NCBI RefSeq assembly: GCF_009914755.1
Contig: NC_060927.1
Reading direction: 5' to 3' (one strand)
Origin: the human T2T-CHM13v2.0 reference genome, Homo sapiens
DNA length: 64,000 nucleotides
Of the stretch, positions 25,488 to 38,379 are shown piece after piece. The notes beneath the pieces are model-generated. The model worked only from the letters and a program-made list of their open reading frames with translations, searched no databases and was not told the DNA's origin. Numbering within the stretch: position 1 is the first letter of the stretch; every line of letters begins with the position of its first letter. Both the position numbers and the translations under genes were made by a program.

Positions 25488-27688
25488 TTAGAAATTATGA
25501 TGGTTTGATTTGAGGAAGGTCTTATGCTGCACGTCATTTCATCTCTATCTGAGACTAAGGCTAGAAACATAAGAGTCTTCGAAATTAACAGAAGAAAAGG
25601 GTAGGGAGAGATAATGAGAGGAAGAGTCCTGTCTAATGTTCAAATGAACAGAAACTTTCAACTTGCCAGGGACTCTCTTCATTTTCCATTTTCAACATCA
25701 TAACACTTTCCCCTAACAACAGATTATTTATTACATATGAAATTTATAGCTACGATGTTTTTTGCAAAGCAGACAATGAGACAAACATTGACAAACACAT
25801 TTGGCCCCAAACACATTTTTTTTCCCTTTAGCCAAAAACCACTTTTTACTTTCTTGTTAAGAGAGGAAAACAAATCCAAATATGTGAAGCAAAGAAAGGG
25901 TCTATACGCGTGTTTTAATTAATTTGTTTCTCCCATCAACCTCGTTTTTAGAAGAAAGCCAAGTAGAGTCTGTGAAGAGCATGTATGGTATGTATGTCTA
26001 GTTCAGTGTCTGTTGGAAGAGCTCTCTTTCCTGTTTATACTCAATACCCTACAATGTAGTAAACCTAAACATAAGATTTTTCTCTCCATAATCTCACAGC
26101 GGCACAAGATTTTAAAATCTCTTGTCTTTGCCAGTTTTACCTCACTGCTTCACTGAGCCAAGTGCTCAAGAAAATGAATATTTGCTGCCAAGGGGGATTG
26201 GAGAGGCTGTCTGGAACAGAGGTGCATGGGAACTGTAGTTTGTTTTGTATTTAGCTCCAAGGCTTCCATAAGAAGCACGTTACCCTAAAACAAATAATCC
26301 TGGAAGGTTGGGAACATGAAACACATGTCTTTGCTCTGTCAGAAGTACATCTTCCCTTCCTTTTTGATTTTGTGCTATTTCCTAGAGGAACCTATATTCT
26401 CTTGAGTAGTATCTCACTGAGCTGCTTCTGTTCAACATGGAACATAATCTTCCTCCTGCCTCTTGATTTTCACCATTGCTGCCTCTGTGATTATAACATA
26501 TACCAGCCAGCATTTTTTTTCACCTCTGCACATAGCTACCAGACAAGCAGGCATTAGCTTCATCCTATTTGCATCTAAAATCTAGAGACCCATTCCCAGA
26601 AGAGCCCATGCAGAAAATACTGATGAAGGTCAATAATAAGTAAGAGTAGTAGTGACAGCCCACTAAATTCAGCAGCACTCTGGTAACCTTCCTGGAAATA
26701 AATGCAGGCTGTAAGGGGGTGTTTTTTCTTCAAATATATTTCAACATATTTTATTGAAACTACATGCACAGCTCAATAAGAAATTAAAAGATGAGCAAGA
26801 TTTCTTTTTTTCCCCTCAGCAAATACTATATCCTATTAAGCTACATTAGCTTAATGTAAAATGAATCCTATTTTAATCTAAATTAGACATTAAAAATACA
26901 TACTTTTTCCTAAGGAGCTAGGAAATATCTTAGCCAAAGTGCTAACCACACCATGTAACACCCAAGTAAGAGGATGTTGGGTAGTTAAAATGCCTAAAAG
27001 TTCAACAAGCTTACCCAAGCATAAATGTTGCCCCAGAAGAATATATTCAACCATTCTACACACCTTGAAATGCAAGCCATTCCAGTGTAGTTTAAGTTAG
27101 TTGTGGGAAAAAAAAGCAGTTGGAAAATTAGTCTTAAAAACAAGTGATAAATTAGTGCTAGTAGAATAAAATCTGCAATGGAAGAAATTGGCCAGATTTT
27201 TACAAAATTATATAAACAGAGTCATAATGTATAACTTGTGTCTGTTACTTAGCTCTTATGCTTTCAAAAGTTGAATTTCCTTTCAACAGTCTCAAGGTCC
27301 CTTAGGAATATTTTTCAAAATATATTCAGAGATAGATTAACCAGATTGCTCCAGGAATGACACTTTCTGGTTAATTTAATTAACCAGAAATCCCTATACA
27401 CCAGCCCTTACTGCTGAAATTCTTCCTAGATTGCCTTTTTAGGGAGCATGTACTGGACTTCATCTTCCCTTGAGAATCTAACATGCTGGATGATTGAGCA
27501 TCATAACCTTTTGCTTCTGAAAATGAAGCGAAGGTTTGGTTGCATTGGTACAGAAATAAGGCCCTATTTGAAGGCATAGGAGGAAATATAGGCCATACTC
27601 ATATCCTTCTTCTCCCTTGCCCTATTGAGATATCAAAGCCTACCTAACTTAGTCGGGATCAGGCTTTTAAAATTGGGGGATAGGATGG

Positions 27689-28094
27689 CTTATTAGTCAG
27701 GGTTCTCCAGAGAAACAGAGCCATGGGGTGTGTACAGAGAGAGATTTATTCTAAGGAATCGGCTCATGTAATTGCAGGGACTGGAAAGTTCAAAATCTGC
27801 AAGGTAAGCCTACAGACTGGAGACCCAGGGAAGAGGTGATGTTGCAGAGTCCAAGGGCAATCTGGAGGCAGAATTCTCTTGGGGATGTCAATCTCTTTTT
27901 CTCTTAAGACCTTCAATTGATTGGGTGAGGCCAACCCACATTACGGAAGGTAATCTGCTTTTCTCAAGCTCTACTGATTTGAATGTCAAATCTTATCTAA
28001 AAGAATACCTTCCCAGCAACATTTAGACTATTATTTGACCACATATCTGGGTACTGCAGCCTAGTCAAATTGTCACATAAAATTAACCATCCCA
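27689..28094 (-). mobile_element. ERVL solo LTR (MLT2D-like)
   Basis: tattagtcagggttctccagagaaacaga...gtcaaattgtcacataaaattaaccatc. Confidence 0.88.
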
Positions 28095-28404
28095 GGTGGG
28101 GTGAGGCATTGTTGAAGAAGGCATTGTTGAAGAAAATCTTCAACAAGCATGAAAAATACGTGGACTAGAATCAGAGGGCAAGTTCATCTGCTTTACCCTG
28201 ATAGGTCAAAGCAAGAGAAGGGAAGGGCAGAAAGGTTGATTTTATTCCTATTAGTCAAGGTATTTTTTTCTTTTAATCACTAGCTGGTTTAAATATCTAC
28301 TTATGTTCTCAAAGTGTCAGGGTCCACATTAATTGTTCTAATGTTCCATAGCTTTGCTCCAGGAAACTTGTGAAGTGTCTGAGGTAGTAGAAAGACACCA
28401 TAAT

Positions 28405-28640
28405 GGATAACAATAGGGAATAACAATTGAGTACTAGATATTTTCTATGCATTCGTTTATTTTATCCTCATAACAACCCTCTGAAGTAGGTACCAATATG
28501 TTATCATTTCATACATGAGGAAACTGATGACTAGAAAGCTAAAGTGACCAGCTAAGATCACCCAGCAATGAAAAGTCAGAATAGTGACTCAAATGTCCAT
28601 AGAATCCCAAAGCCCATGTTCTTACACAACATATTAAACT
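28405..28640 (-). mobile_element. MIR
   Basis: atcctcataacaaccctctgaagtaggtac..catttcatacatgaggaaactga. Confidence 0.75.
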
Positions 28641-30719
28641 GCATCCTTGTTTTCTTTTATTAACGCTCCAGTACATATCAACTGTGTGCTACAAATAAAT
28701 TGTGTGCTGTTTGGGCTACAAATAAATAGGAAAAGATAAGCTGAGGATGGTTGTTGGTCTGCTCCCTGCCTTTCTCTTTTGCCTTCCCACTTAAGGAACC
28801 AAGCCATGCCACCTACTGCATGCCAATAGTGGGAATCGCTTCCTTATGTATTTCCTTGAAGGGTTACTGAAAAATAAAATGAAATCATCATTGAGGCACA
28901 GAAAGGCAATTTAAGTATCAACAGCCAAAACAGGCAAGGGAGCTAAATGTAACAAGTACAACGTGGGATACTATACATGAAAGGGTATTAAAAAATTGCC
29001 ATCACCCAAAGTCTACCCTGCAAACAAATGCAAATAATTCTATGCATTGAGTATTCATGTAAGGATACAATGCAGTCTGTATCCTCAAGAAGCTCAGACT
29101 CGTTGGAAAAACAAAATTCCAAAGTAAGGGCAAAAAAATTATTCAAACATAATTAAGCACCAACAATAAGTGTTTCAGGCACCTCTGGGAGGTAAGAAAA
29201 AAAAATGCTGGCAAATAATTGGCTTCTGTCTTCCAGCTCCTCCAAGAAAACTCAAAGAAAATTGAGACACCTGCCAAGAGGCAGCGAAAATCAGTCAGTG
29301 CCACCTTTCAAAAGTGGCATACTTCAACCAGGAACTTTCAGCTCAATAAAGCCCTCAAAACAACTGGCTGTGACTTTCCAAATGTTTCATCTTCACAAGC
29401 TTTGCTTACATAAGCTGCACTCAAGGAAATAAAAGCAACCATGAGTTTCGACAACATTAAGTAATAATATGGTCCAGTTGGCAGGAGCTGCTGCCTCTGG
29501 TCTCCAGCACAGGTGGGATTTCAACACAGCCTGGGGTATCCTGCCTCTGTTTCTAGATGTCCCACAATGGCAAAGCCTGCCTGGCTCACTCCTGTTCCTT
29601 CAGCACCCAATGTCTTGTCTGGCATATAGTGGGTGCCCAATAAACAAGCAAATGAATGAAGTTAACAATCAGATGAAAAACTGCAGGGTAATTTGGGGAT
29701 GGTATTCCCTTCTATGGGTTCCTTCTGTAATTTTATGATGCTCATTTCAAACAGAGAAGCAGGCTTTGGCTTTCTTTGTTTCAGAAGAGGTCTGAAGTCA
29801 GTTGCAATGGCTATCTTGTATGGAAATCCAGAGTCACTGAAACAACTATTATGGATTTTCTGGAGCTGACAGAGAGAGGGAAGGGTAACTTTAAGGGCTG
29901 GAGGAAGAAAGAGGGAAACGTGTCTCAGGGAAGTTGGGAAAGAAGACAGAGATTGGGGGACCTGCTAAATAGCTAAGACTTAAGGCCCGTTGTGGCAGCA
30001 CTCTGGGGGCACTCAACTTCCACCTCAGCCCCAATTCCAGCACCTCAAGCTCAAGAAAGTCTGCAGGCTGACAAAATGGGTGTCTGCATTTTACCTCCAT
30101 GCACTTCTTGAGACCATTTGAGACCCAAGAGACTTTTGCACGGCACCCTGGGTAGGGGGCAAGAGCAGGAAACATAGAGAAGAAATGTATCCCAATAATG
30201 GCCAAGGTTGAAATTAAACCCACCCTTGCAGGATGAGAAAACTTAAGGAAAGATTTAAGAAAACTAACAAAGGCAATTATTCTTCTGACTGTGAGATTAT
30301 AGGTAGAGAGTCATAACTGCTACAGCAGTTTACAAATTGCAAACAAGTGTAAAGCTCTCAACTGGTGATGGATTTATCATCCAGTGAAGCCTGATGAGTT
30401 AGCAAATATTGTTTTGCATAGAGCACATCCATGCAAAGTTATGCTAGGGTGTGTGGATGCCAACATCACATCCACACACCTGTCGAACATGGGGCACCAA
30501 TTTGGAGCCTCAGGGCAGGATTCACATGTGGCCCTATCCAGCAGTTTCTTTAGCCTGACTACTCAAATTACATGTCAATTCCCTAGGATTTATAAATTCA
30601 TCCTAGTACTAGGACTTACGGTTCATCTTTATGGCCATCACACTGTCTAATGATTGGCACTCAACTAGTGCTGTTAACTAGTGTTATTAACCAACAATAA
30701 TAATGATGAAAATAACAAA

Positions 30720-30975
30720 ACTGAAAATAGTGCTATCGTTATGGAGTTCTCACTCTCTGCCAGGGAATGCACTGACCTCTTTACGTGGATCAGTGAGGTG
30801 AAAAACAGGAAAAAAAACAACTTCTTATTTTGTCATTTTACAGATAAGAGGATTGGTGTTATCTTCATTTTACAGAAGAGGAAATAGAGACTTAGAATGG
30901 TTTTTAACTTGCTCATGTTTATGGTAAAGGCAGGATTGAAACTCAGGCAATCTGACTCCAGAGCCCATGATTTTT
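30720..30975 (-). mobile_element. MIR (continues after the L1 at about 31820-31860)
   Basis: cttcattttacagaagaggaaatagagacttaga..aggattgaaactcaggcaatctgactccagagccc. Confidence 0.75.
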
Positions 30976-31815
30976 AAATAAAATTTTATTATGGTAAGAC
31001 AGATTTTAAAGTGCACAATGCAATATTACTATCTATAGGTAGTATTGTACAGCAAATCTCCAGAACTTATTCATCTTGCATAAGTAAAACTTTATACCCG
31101 TTGATTAGCAACTCACTGTTTCTACTTCTCCCCAGCTCTCTGGCAATCACAATTCCACTCTACTTCCACAAATTTGACTATTTTACATACCTCCTATGAG
31201 TAAAATCATGCATTATTTATCCTTCCGTGACTAGATTATTTCACTTAGCATAATGTCCTCCAAGGTTATCCATGTTATCACACATGGCAGGATTTCTTTC
31301 TTTTTGAAGGCTGAATAATATTCCACTATATGTATATATACCACATTTAAAAAAATCTATTTGTCTGTTGATGGACAGTTAGGTTGTTGCCATATTGTAG
31401 CTATTGTGAATAGTGCTGCAATGAACATCAAGTACTGATATATCTTTGAGATCCTGATTTCAACACCCAGAAGTGGGATTGCTGGATCATATGGTAATTT
31501 TATTTTTACATTTTTGAGGAAGTTTCATAGTGTTTTCCAGAGCAGCTACACCATTTTGCATTCCCACCAACAGTGTGCAAGGATTCCAATTTCTTCACAT
31601 TCTCACCAATGCATGTCTTTTGGCTTTTTCATAATAACCATCCTAAGTGGTGTGAGGTGATATCTCATTGTGGTTTTGATTTCCATTTTTCTGATGATTC
31701 ATGGCATTGAACGTATTTTCACATAACTTTTGCAGGTCTTCTTTGGAGAAATATCTACTCAAGTCCTTTGGCCATTTTTAAATCTGTTTTTTGGGGGGTT
31801 TTTTGCTATTGAGTC
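30976..31815 (-). mobile_element. L1MA-type 3' fragment
   Basis: ttatttcacttagcataatgtcctcca, acccagaagtgggattgctggatcatatggta, gtgtgaggtgatatctcattgtggttttgattt; TSD-like agagcccatgatttt / agaacccatgctttt. Confidence 0.9.
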
Positions 31816-32229
31816 ATAGTGAAGAACCCATGCTTTTACCTATTACAAAATATTGCCTCAATATGCAGTTATTAACAAACAAATAAGTACTAAGTGTTCA
31901 AAGATGGTTCCACATAATATACTGTCCAAGCTACAAAGATCCAGAAGTTCCCAACCTCACTATGTCTTTTAATGTCCCAGTTTTCCTACCACTGGAGAAA
32001 CAGCAACAATGACCTACCTTGTATTCCAGCATTCAGGTAAACACCCTTCCAGCAAACACCCTTCCAGCTAAACATTATTCCCTGTCCAGGCATACTCCCC
32101 AACATAATTATGAAGGCAGCATTCTTCCTGCTAGACCCAAAGAACTCTGCCTTACTGATTTCCAAGGGGCTGGGATTGGAGACTCCAGGGAAGAGATATT
32201 ACATCTACAGGAGCAATAGTTTGAAATAA

Positions 32230-32481
32230 ACATGCACACACACATGCACACACTTATGTGTATATATGTATATGCATATATATATACACGTATCTGTACA
32301 TATACTATATATAATGTTTTTATTTGGAGGAGTATAAATTACATATTATTCTATAATATAAACAACCATATTCATATATGGTTTATAAACCATATAAACT
32401 ATATTCATATATGGTTTATAAACCATATATAAACCAAATTTGGTTTTTTATTCATATTTTACTATGTGAAATATAGTAAAA
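32230..32481. repeat. AT-rich low-complexity tract with a 33-bp tandem duplication and palindromes
   Basis: tattcatatatggtttataaaccatata occurs twice. Confidence 0.85.
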
Positions 32482-32599
32482 TCATCTTGGATAGTGGGGA
32501 GGTCAAAAAGATTGATGATTTTCAAAGATGAGGGGAGTAAGTTTTGATACTGGGAGCTAACTTATTTTATCTTCAGAACACCTCTCTGAGGGGAGCCCT

Positions 32600-33145
32600 T
32601 ATTTTAGTTTGGGTTCCCAAACTAAGAATTCGGTTGCAAGTGTTAGGAAGTGTTCCCATGACTGGTGGTGGTGGGGAAGGAAGCAAGAAAGTACGCTGGG
32701 GAAGGGAAGGAAAGGAAGCCAAGAAAGGGTGCCTTACAAGCAAAGTCTTACCTAGGGAAACTGCTCAGTCCCTCAGGGAACTCTGGAGACAGTGTAGGCA
32801 GTGATTCTCAAAGTGTGGTCCCCAGACCAGCAGCATCAGCATTACCTGGGAATTTGCCAGAAGGGCAAATTCTCAGGTGCCTACCCCAGACTTAATGAAT
32901 GAGAAACTCTGGGGTGGAGCCCAGCACCCTGTATTTTAACAAGTCCCGCTAGGACTCTGATGCACATAAGAGTGTGCATGTAGCACACCTCCAAGTTGTC
33001 GTGATCAGGAAAGGGAGCCAGAGTATTTAACCCACACCTATCATTGGTTAAGTGCTAGTGGGAGAGAAAGTGCATCAGCAGCTGGCATTTATGACAATTT
33101 TAAGAGATCCACATGGTCTGGAGAGGCACTGACTGTGTCTGCTAG
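32600..33145 (-). mobile_element. ERVL LTR16-like solo LTR interrupted by MER5A
   Basis: tagtttgggttccc..ttgcaagtg; ggaaggaaaggaagccaagaaagggt; ctcagtccctcagggaactctggagac; gagtatttaaccc..tcattggtt. Confidence 0.6.
32799..32977. mobile_element. MER5A hAT-Charlie DNA transposon
   Basis: cagtgattctcaaagtgtggtccccagaccagcagcatcagcattacctggga...tgtattttaacaag..ctctgatgcac. Confidence 0.85.
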
Positions 33146-33169
33146 GGAACTCTTACTCTTTCTTTTCCA

Positions 33170-33295
33170 AAGAGGTCAGTGAGGCCAGTGTGACTTGCCC
33201 AAGGCCACACAGCTGATCATTGTCAGAATCAAAATTCAAATCTAGATCTGTCTGACTTCAGAACCAATCTTTTAACCAAAATACTACACTGCTTC
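33170..33295 (-). mobile_element. MIR fragment
   Basis: gtgacttgcccaaggccacacagct..aaattcaaatctagatctgtctgacttcaga. Confidence 0.7.
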
Positions 33296-34174
33296 AAGAT
33301 GGGCATTGGTGAAAAAACTTGTAACACCTACACTTCTACAACAGCTCAAGGCCCCTTCCTCTTGCCTTCTCTGGCTTATTTTGCTCAAGTAAACATTTTC
33401 ACTGAATGAACCAATCACTTAGGTTTAAATATCAACGACATGTTTGCATAACAATCATTCTGTCAGTGACAAATCTATTTCCTTCATTTAGAGAGCTTCA
33501 ACACCACTAACCTAAAAGATCAATTGAGGGCAGGATTATTTCCTTCTTAGAATTTTATGGGAATAGTGCATTCTACAGAGACTATCCAAAATAGAAAAGC
33601 TTGCCTTCTAGTCCAGTCTGTAGTGGTATCTATTTATATTTTCATGAAAGGAAGTATACATAATAACGACTGTATAAATTTGTTTTGCAAGTAATCCAAA
33701 ATAACTGCTTGGAAAGAATCATGATTAATGGAAAAATTTCCAAGTAATAGCCTTTCTTTTCATCAACGCAGCAACAACCAGCAAAACTTGGAGAATAGCT
33801 ATTTCATAAGTGTGATGATTCAATGCAACTGATTTACAAACTGCTATGTAACATAGGGTAGTATACTGTTCCTCAGTTTGGGTTTCATAGACCCCCCAAG
33901 ACTTTATAGACTGTGCATTGCCTTTCATGAGTTGTACAAGTGTTTTATTATTGTCACTTAAATTATAATCTTAAAAAAAATTTAACGGTCATAACAAGAA
34001 AACTTCTGCTGATATTTTCTAGTTGAAAAAGAGTCTAATTATGTTAAACTACATCATCACTGTTGTTTCTGCAATTAAAGTCTTCAGATGTATTTCAAGC
34101 AGTTCACCCAGTTTTTCCTGTACAAACAGCCCATATAATACTCAAGTTTGAGAACCATTATATAGTGAATTGGA

Positions 34175-34290
34175 CCCTTGCTACTCAAAAGTATGGTCGC
34201 TGGATCAGCAACAGCAGCATCTCTCGGGAGATTATTAGAACAGTATAATCTCAGGCTCCATCTACATCCACTGAATCAGAATCTGCACTG
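34175..34290. mobile_element. MER5-family fragment
   Basis: gctactcaaaagtatggtc..ggatcagcaacagcagcatc..aatctcaggctcc..actgaatcagaatctgca. Confidence 0.7.
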
Positions 34291-34299
34291 GATTCCAGC

Positions 34300-34510
34300 A
34301 CAAGAGGCTCTGAGACTGGATCCCAACGCCAACACTTACTGAATGTGTTATTTAACCTTTCTGAGTTTCAGGGTTCTCATCTGTAAATGAAGATGATAAT
34401 GTAAATTCCTACCTCCTAGGTTTTCCATGGAGATTCAATTAAAGAATGCACATAAAAGATGTCAATCATATAGTGTAACACAAAGCACTCAATAAATATT
34501 ACCTATTACA
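34300..34510 (+). mobile_element. MIR
   Basis: ttatttaacctttctgagtttcagggttctcatctgtaaatgaagatgataat..aagcactcaataaatatt. Confidence 0.75.
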
Positions 34511-35599
34511 ATATTTTCCTCAAAACAGCAAGAATAAAAATATCATATAGGTGGTTTTCTATTTTAGCCAATAAAATTATGCATCTTCAAAATGCTCATG
34601 GCTGACATTGCCTTTGACATTTGGGGAATATACGCTCGGATTTCCTACTAATATGTTAGTGAATGAAAGACTTAATATTGAGTTGTTTAATGGCAATGTG
34701 TAACCTGATAGCTTATCAAATTCTCTGTGCAGAACAAGTAGATTTCCAGAAACAGCATTTAAGCTCCACTTGAGAGAAAAATATTTGTTTGCTGCAGAAA
34801 TTAGGAGAGTCAATTGGAAACTCTCCTACTGATAGACTTGCATTCAGAAGAAGACTCAGTCCATACAATTCACATTTACATCTTTTCTTCAAAGCCCCTA
34901 AAATATTGACTCATATTTTAAAACACAACATCGAGCCCAATTCAAAGTGACTGAAATTAAGACACACAGCCTCATCATGTCGTTATGGCAACTTCTCACA
35001 AAACTGTCCTTTTAGTCATTGAACAATTGCTAATTTTCTTGCTTTGCAAGGAAGCCCCAGTTGCTTCCTCAGAAGGCTCAGCCTGGTATCAAAAGAAATT
35101 GTATATGATGGAGATAGAAGCATTCACAACGGTCACTTTTGGGAAAATAACATTTTATTATTAGTCACGCTTTGCATTTCAACTTGTTTTCCTCCTCAGC
35201 ATGCCATTTGTGGTGTCTCTGATTTCTGTTAGTTTAGCAGACTGTCACAATAAAGAGACTGGTGGAAACTTTGCTTTCTTTCTAAATCGCAGGATGGTAC
35301 AAAACTCCAAAATCATCAAAAACTGAGAGAGATTTTCAGATGGAAGCTCTCTCATCTCTGTGTCCTTCGAGTCTAACTAACATGTCTACTGGATGAACAG
35401 TAGAGAATCACTGAAGTCCTAACATGTATTTTAAAGTTATTTACATATTTTCCAAAGTGCATAAGAATTATTTTAGTATTTTACTTTTGCAGGACTAAAC
35501 TGGAATAATTTATGAAACAAATCAGGTATTTGATGAGTGGTCATAACTAGAACCATCCTTGGAACTCAATGAAAGTGTTTAAAACAAAGATCTTTATTC

Positions 35600-36030
35600 A
35601 TGAAACATTAACAATTCTGAGAAACTGTTCTAGATTAAAGGAAACTAAAAAGACACGATAACTAAATAAAATGTGGTATCCTCAACTGAATTCTGGAGTG
35701 AATAAAAAAGCAGTCTAAGGATATTATTGGGACAATTGGAGAAATTTGAATATGAGCAGTATATTAGATAATGATCTTAAGGTTAGACGCTCAAATATAA
35801 TCAGTGTACTGTGATTATGCAGGGTAATTTCCTTGTTCTTAGAAGGTGATTGCTGAAATATTTGCTACAATGTCTGCAATTAATTTTCAAATGGTTTAAA
35901 ACATACATATACATTCATACATACACATACACACACTATAAATAGATTAAAAAAGCAAATGTGGTAAATGTTAACAATTGACAAATCCAGGTGAAAAATA
36001 TAAGATTGATCATCGTGCTATTCTTAGTAA
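35600..36030 (+). mobile_element. Old L1 (L1ME/MD) 3' UTR fragment
   Basis: aactgttctagattaaaggaaactaaaaagacacgataactaaat; ggatattattgggacaattggagaaatttgaatatg. Confidence 0.75.
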
Positions 36031-36699
36031 TAAAAAGTGGGGATGGGAAGTCTTTTTTGATTAAAGGATTCAAATCTGATGGGAGGGAAACGGAAAAAAA
36101 TAAAGATTCGGGTAACAAGGAAATATGATAATCTGATAGTGTATGAAATTTTACAAAAATTCTTTTAGGATCAAAAGCATCCAAATAAGAGTCATCTCCA
36201 TAGAGATAATATTTGACCCGAAATACATAGATAGATTTTATTACACATAAGAAAATACCTTTAAAATAACAGAACTAGAGTGAAATTATCCAAGACAGCT
36301 ACAGAAGTGCCAGAAATAGTCATGAAAGCAAGCAAGCAAGAAAGAGGACTAGATATCTTAGACCTGTCATCTCAGATGACAAGTCTATAGACAGATGACG
36401 GACAGAGCCCAGAACCTCAGCTTTCAACCACATGTGTAAGCATTGCAGCCATTGCATGGCCTCTTTCAAAATGTCTAAAACCACACAGTCACTGAACTCA
36501 TCAACTCATAAGCTTTCAAAACAGCAGAAAAGATCCAATAAACTAGTATAGTTTCTCAAATTCATCTTAGTAATGGATATAAATCTGACAAATATTCCCT
36601 TTATTCAGGTCTATTTTTTTTGTAAACTCTTTTCGTATTTTAAAAAACTGATCAATCTAATTCTTCTTTCAGTTACATCCTTCAAAAATCATTAACACA

Positions 36700-36880
36700 C
36701 AGTATATGGACTAGTAAAGTGTGTGAGCTGTGAAGTCAGCTTGCCGGAGGTTGAAATTTACTAGCTATCCACTCTTAACCTTTTGGAGTCTCAGAGTCCT
36801 TATCTGTAAAATGGGGCAAATAAACATCTTTTTTAGCTCACAGATTTCCTGTGCTGGTCAAATTAGGTATGCTTTTGAGA
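36700..36880 (+). mobile_element. MIR fragment
   Basis: gagtctcagagtccttatctgtaaaatgggg. Confidence 0.55.
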
Positions 36881-37069
36881 TCGAGCCAGACAATATTATT
36901 TGTAACTCATTTCAATGTATCTATATCCATTTATTTCTTTAAAAAAAGAGATAGGAATATTTGAGAGCTACACACAGCACAATACCTTGCCTACAGTAAA
37001 AAGACTAGTAAAAATACTAACACATAATCATGTAGGGTTCCTGGGAACCCCATAGAGAGGAAGAAAGTA

Positions 37070-37270
37070 TATAATAGACTTCGGTGTTTTCAAAACCTGA
37101 GTTTACATCTCTAATTTCTTCTCTTTAGCTGTATATTCTTTGAGATACTTGAGATCTTTCTGGTTCATGCCCTCATCTGGAAAATGGAAATAATAACATC
37201 TCTGCATGGAGATGACAAAGTGTGGGTACAATGCCTACCACACTGTAGCTACTCAAGAAATGGAAGTCAC
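37070..37270 (+). mobile_element. MIR fragment
   Basis: cctcatctggaaaatggaaataataacatct. Confidence 0.5.
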
Positions 37271-37459
37271 AATCATTCTCATGCCACCAGCCTACTGAGC
37301 AGGTAAGTTTGTCCAATAACGTAAATGTATGCAGGTAGGTACCAAATTTTAAAAATGATAACATTTCAGATAGCTTCAGACATAGTCCATAGCTATTGAA
37401 ATGTTTACCACTTCTAGCAACTGACTTTGTAGACACATTGATTGCATTTTCCTTTGGTT

Positions 37460-38000
<541 letters not shown>

Positions 38001-38098
38001 TTCTTTCTCTCTCTCTCAGTGTGTGTGTGTGTGTGTGTGTGTTTGTGTATAGTATACAGTATGTTTTCTTTTGAAAACACATTAGAATTTCCAGTGTG

Positions 38099-38249
38099 AG
38101 CTGGGCACGGTGGCTCAAGCCTGTAATCCCAGTGTATTGGGAGGCAGAAGTGGGAGGATTGCTTGAGGCCAGGAGTTCAAGACCAGCCTAGGCAACAGAG
38201 TGAAACCTCCATCTCTACAAAAAACAAACAAACAAACAAGCAGAAAAAA
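38099..38249 (+). mobile_element. FLAM_C / free left Alu monomer
   Basis: gctgggcacggtggctc..ggaggattgcttgaggccaggagttcaagaccagcc, (AAAC)n tail; TSD-like aatttccagtgtg / aatcccagtgtg. Confidence 0.88.
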
Positions 38250-38379
38250 TCCCAGTGTGTTTCTGATGAGGCAGATTCCTGGACTCTTCCAGGAATCTTT
38301 TTATTACTAATATTTTGTTGTTATTGGAAGTCCTTTGTCTTGCTTTTACATTCATTTGTTGTTTGTTTCAGATCAATGT

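Noticed and set aside
29221-29370. Plus-strand acceptor with downstream AATAAA (terminal-exon-like)
   Set aside because: Such pairings are common by chance; no GU-rich downstream element or other support.
30391-30430. CTGATGAG hammerhead-ribozyme core (also at about 24477 and 38263, the latter before an 11-bp hairpin at 38273-38298)
   Set aside because: No GAAA correctly placed after a stem II and no stem I/III pairing; not a hammerhead.
32039-32068. 15-bp tandem duplications (also about 47007-47036 and 14588-14609)
   Set aside because: Ordinary slippage duplications with no sign of function.
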